63,609 nucleotides of DNA, taken from a bacterium. GTDB lineage: Bacteria; Bdellovibrionota_C; UBA2361; RFPC01. Below the pieces are notes generated by a model. That model was not told the origin of the DNA, searched no databases, and saw only the letters and a program-made list of their open reading frames with translations. Made by a program: the position numbers and the translations under genes. Location: NCBI GenBank assembly GCA_022763385.1, contig JALEGQ010000174.1, forward strand, positions 1 to 63,609. The letters are read 5' to 3'. Below are positions 63,295 through 63,609 of the stretch, in pieces. Every line of letters starts with the position of its first letter. Within the stretch, counting starts at the first letter, position 1.

Positions 63295-63609
63295 TCATCA
63301 ACTCCAAAGTCTTGGTACACTTTGGAAATTCAATGGTTGGTGCACTAGATATTTTCCCTCCGAGGGTTCCGGCCTTCGCCGGAAGAAGTGCCACGCTAGT
63401 CGAACTGATAGGGTGTTCCAAAACTTTAGGGGCGTGGCGATAGTGTTTCGTTATACAAACGATTGTCCATAGTGAAAAAAACTCTGCGACATTGTGCTAG
63501 GGCGTCCAGATCAACCCCAACGTTGCATAAAAATTTGTTCGTAGAGCCACAAGAGTAGTGCAGATTGGGGCTTTGGGCGAGTTTTTAGGGCGAAAGTGTA
63601 CTACACGTA

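Overview
63.6-kb chromosomal window from an LPS-producing Gram-negative bacterium. The core is GC-rich (hand count 34/60 G+C at 1001-1060). Two AT-richer islets sit near the edges (24/60 at 6001-6060 and at 57001-57060). Housekeeping content: a LysW-type amino-group-carrier cluster (lysX/Y/Z/J/K-like, 15-4968); ridA; asmA-family; msbA-waaA-lpxK; an HD hydrolase coupled to a degenerate RibBA-like gene; a leuA-leuC-leuD-leuB-ilvE operon preceded by an unlisted Leu-rich leader peptide and attenuator; ilvC; djlA-like; and a PotA/D/B/C-type ABC importer. Accessory content: (i) a tightly packed minus-strand TraL-E-K-B-V-C type IV secretion-like module (26.9-37.6 kb) with three lipoproteins and bPH, SH3b and M23 genes, but no relaxase, coupling protein, pilin or VirB6/TraG anywhere in the window. 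This is my top candidate for an undescribed system. (ii) Three arylsulfotransferase-family paralogs around a GT-C glycosyltransferase (37.9-43.2 kb). (iii) A membrane pseudokinase. (iv) Two low-GC islets of orphan secreted or immunity-like proteins and GNATs, whose junctions carry copies of a conserved 70-120-nt hairpin/T-run element. Other non-coding structure: a 49-nt x3 tandem repeat, several 15-18-nt tandem repeats, a 22-nt inverted-repeat terminator/operator between the two accessory operons, and a 645-nt gene-free gap with a strong orphan terminator (candidate ncRNA). No rRNA, tRNA, CRISPR, integrase or transposase was recognised. All family calls rest on motif recognition by eye and need HMM or BLAST confirmation.
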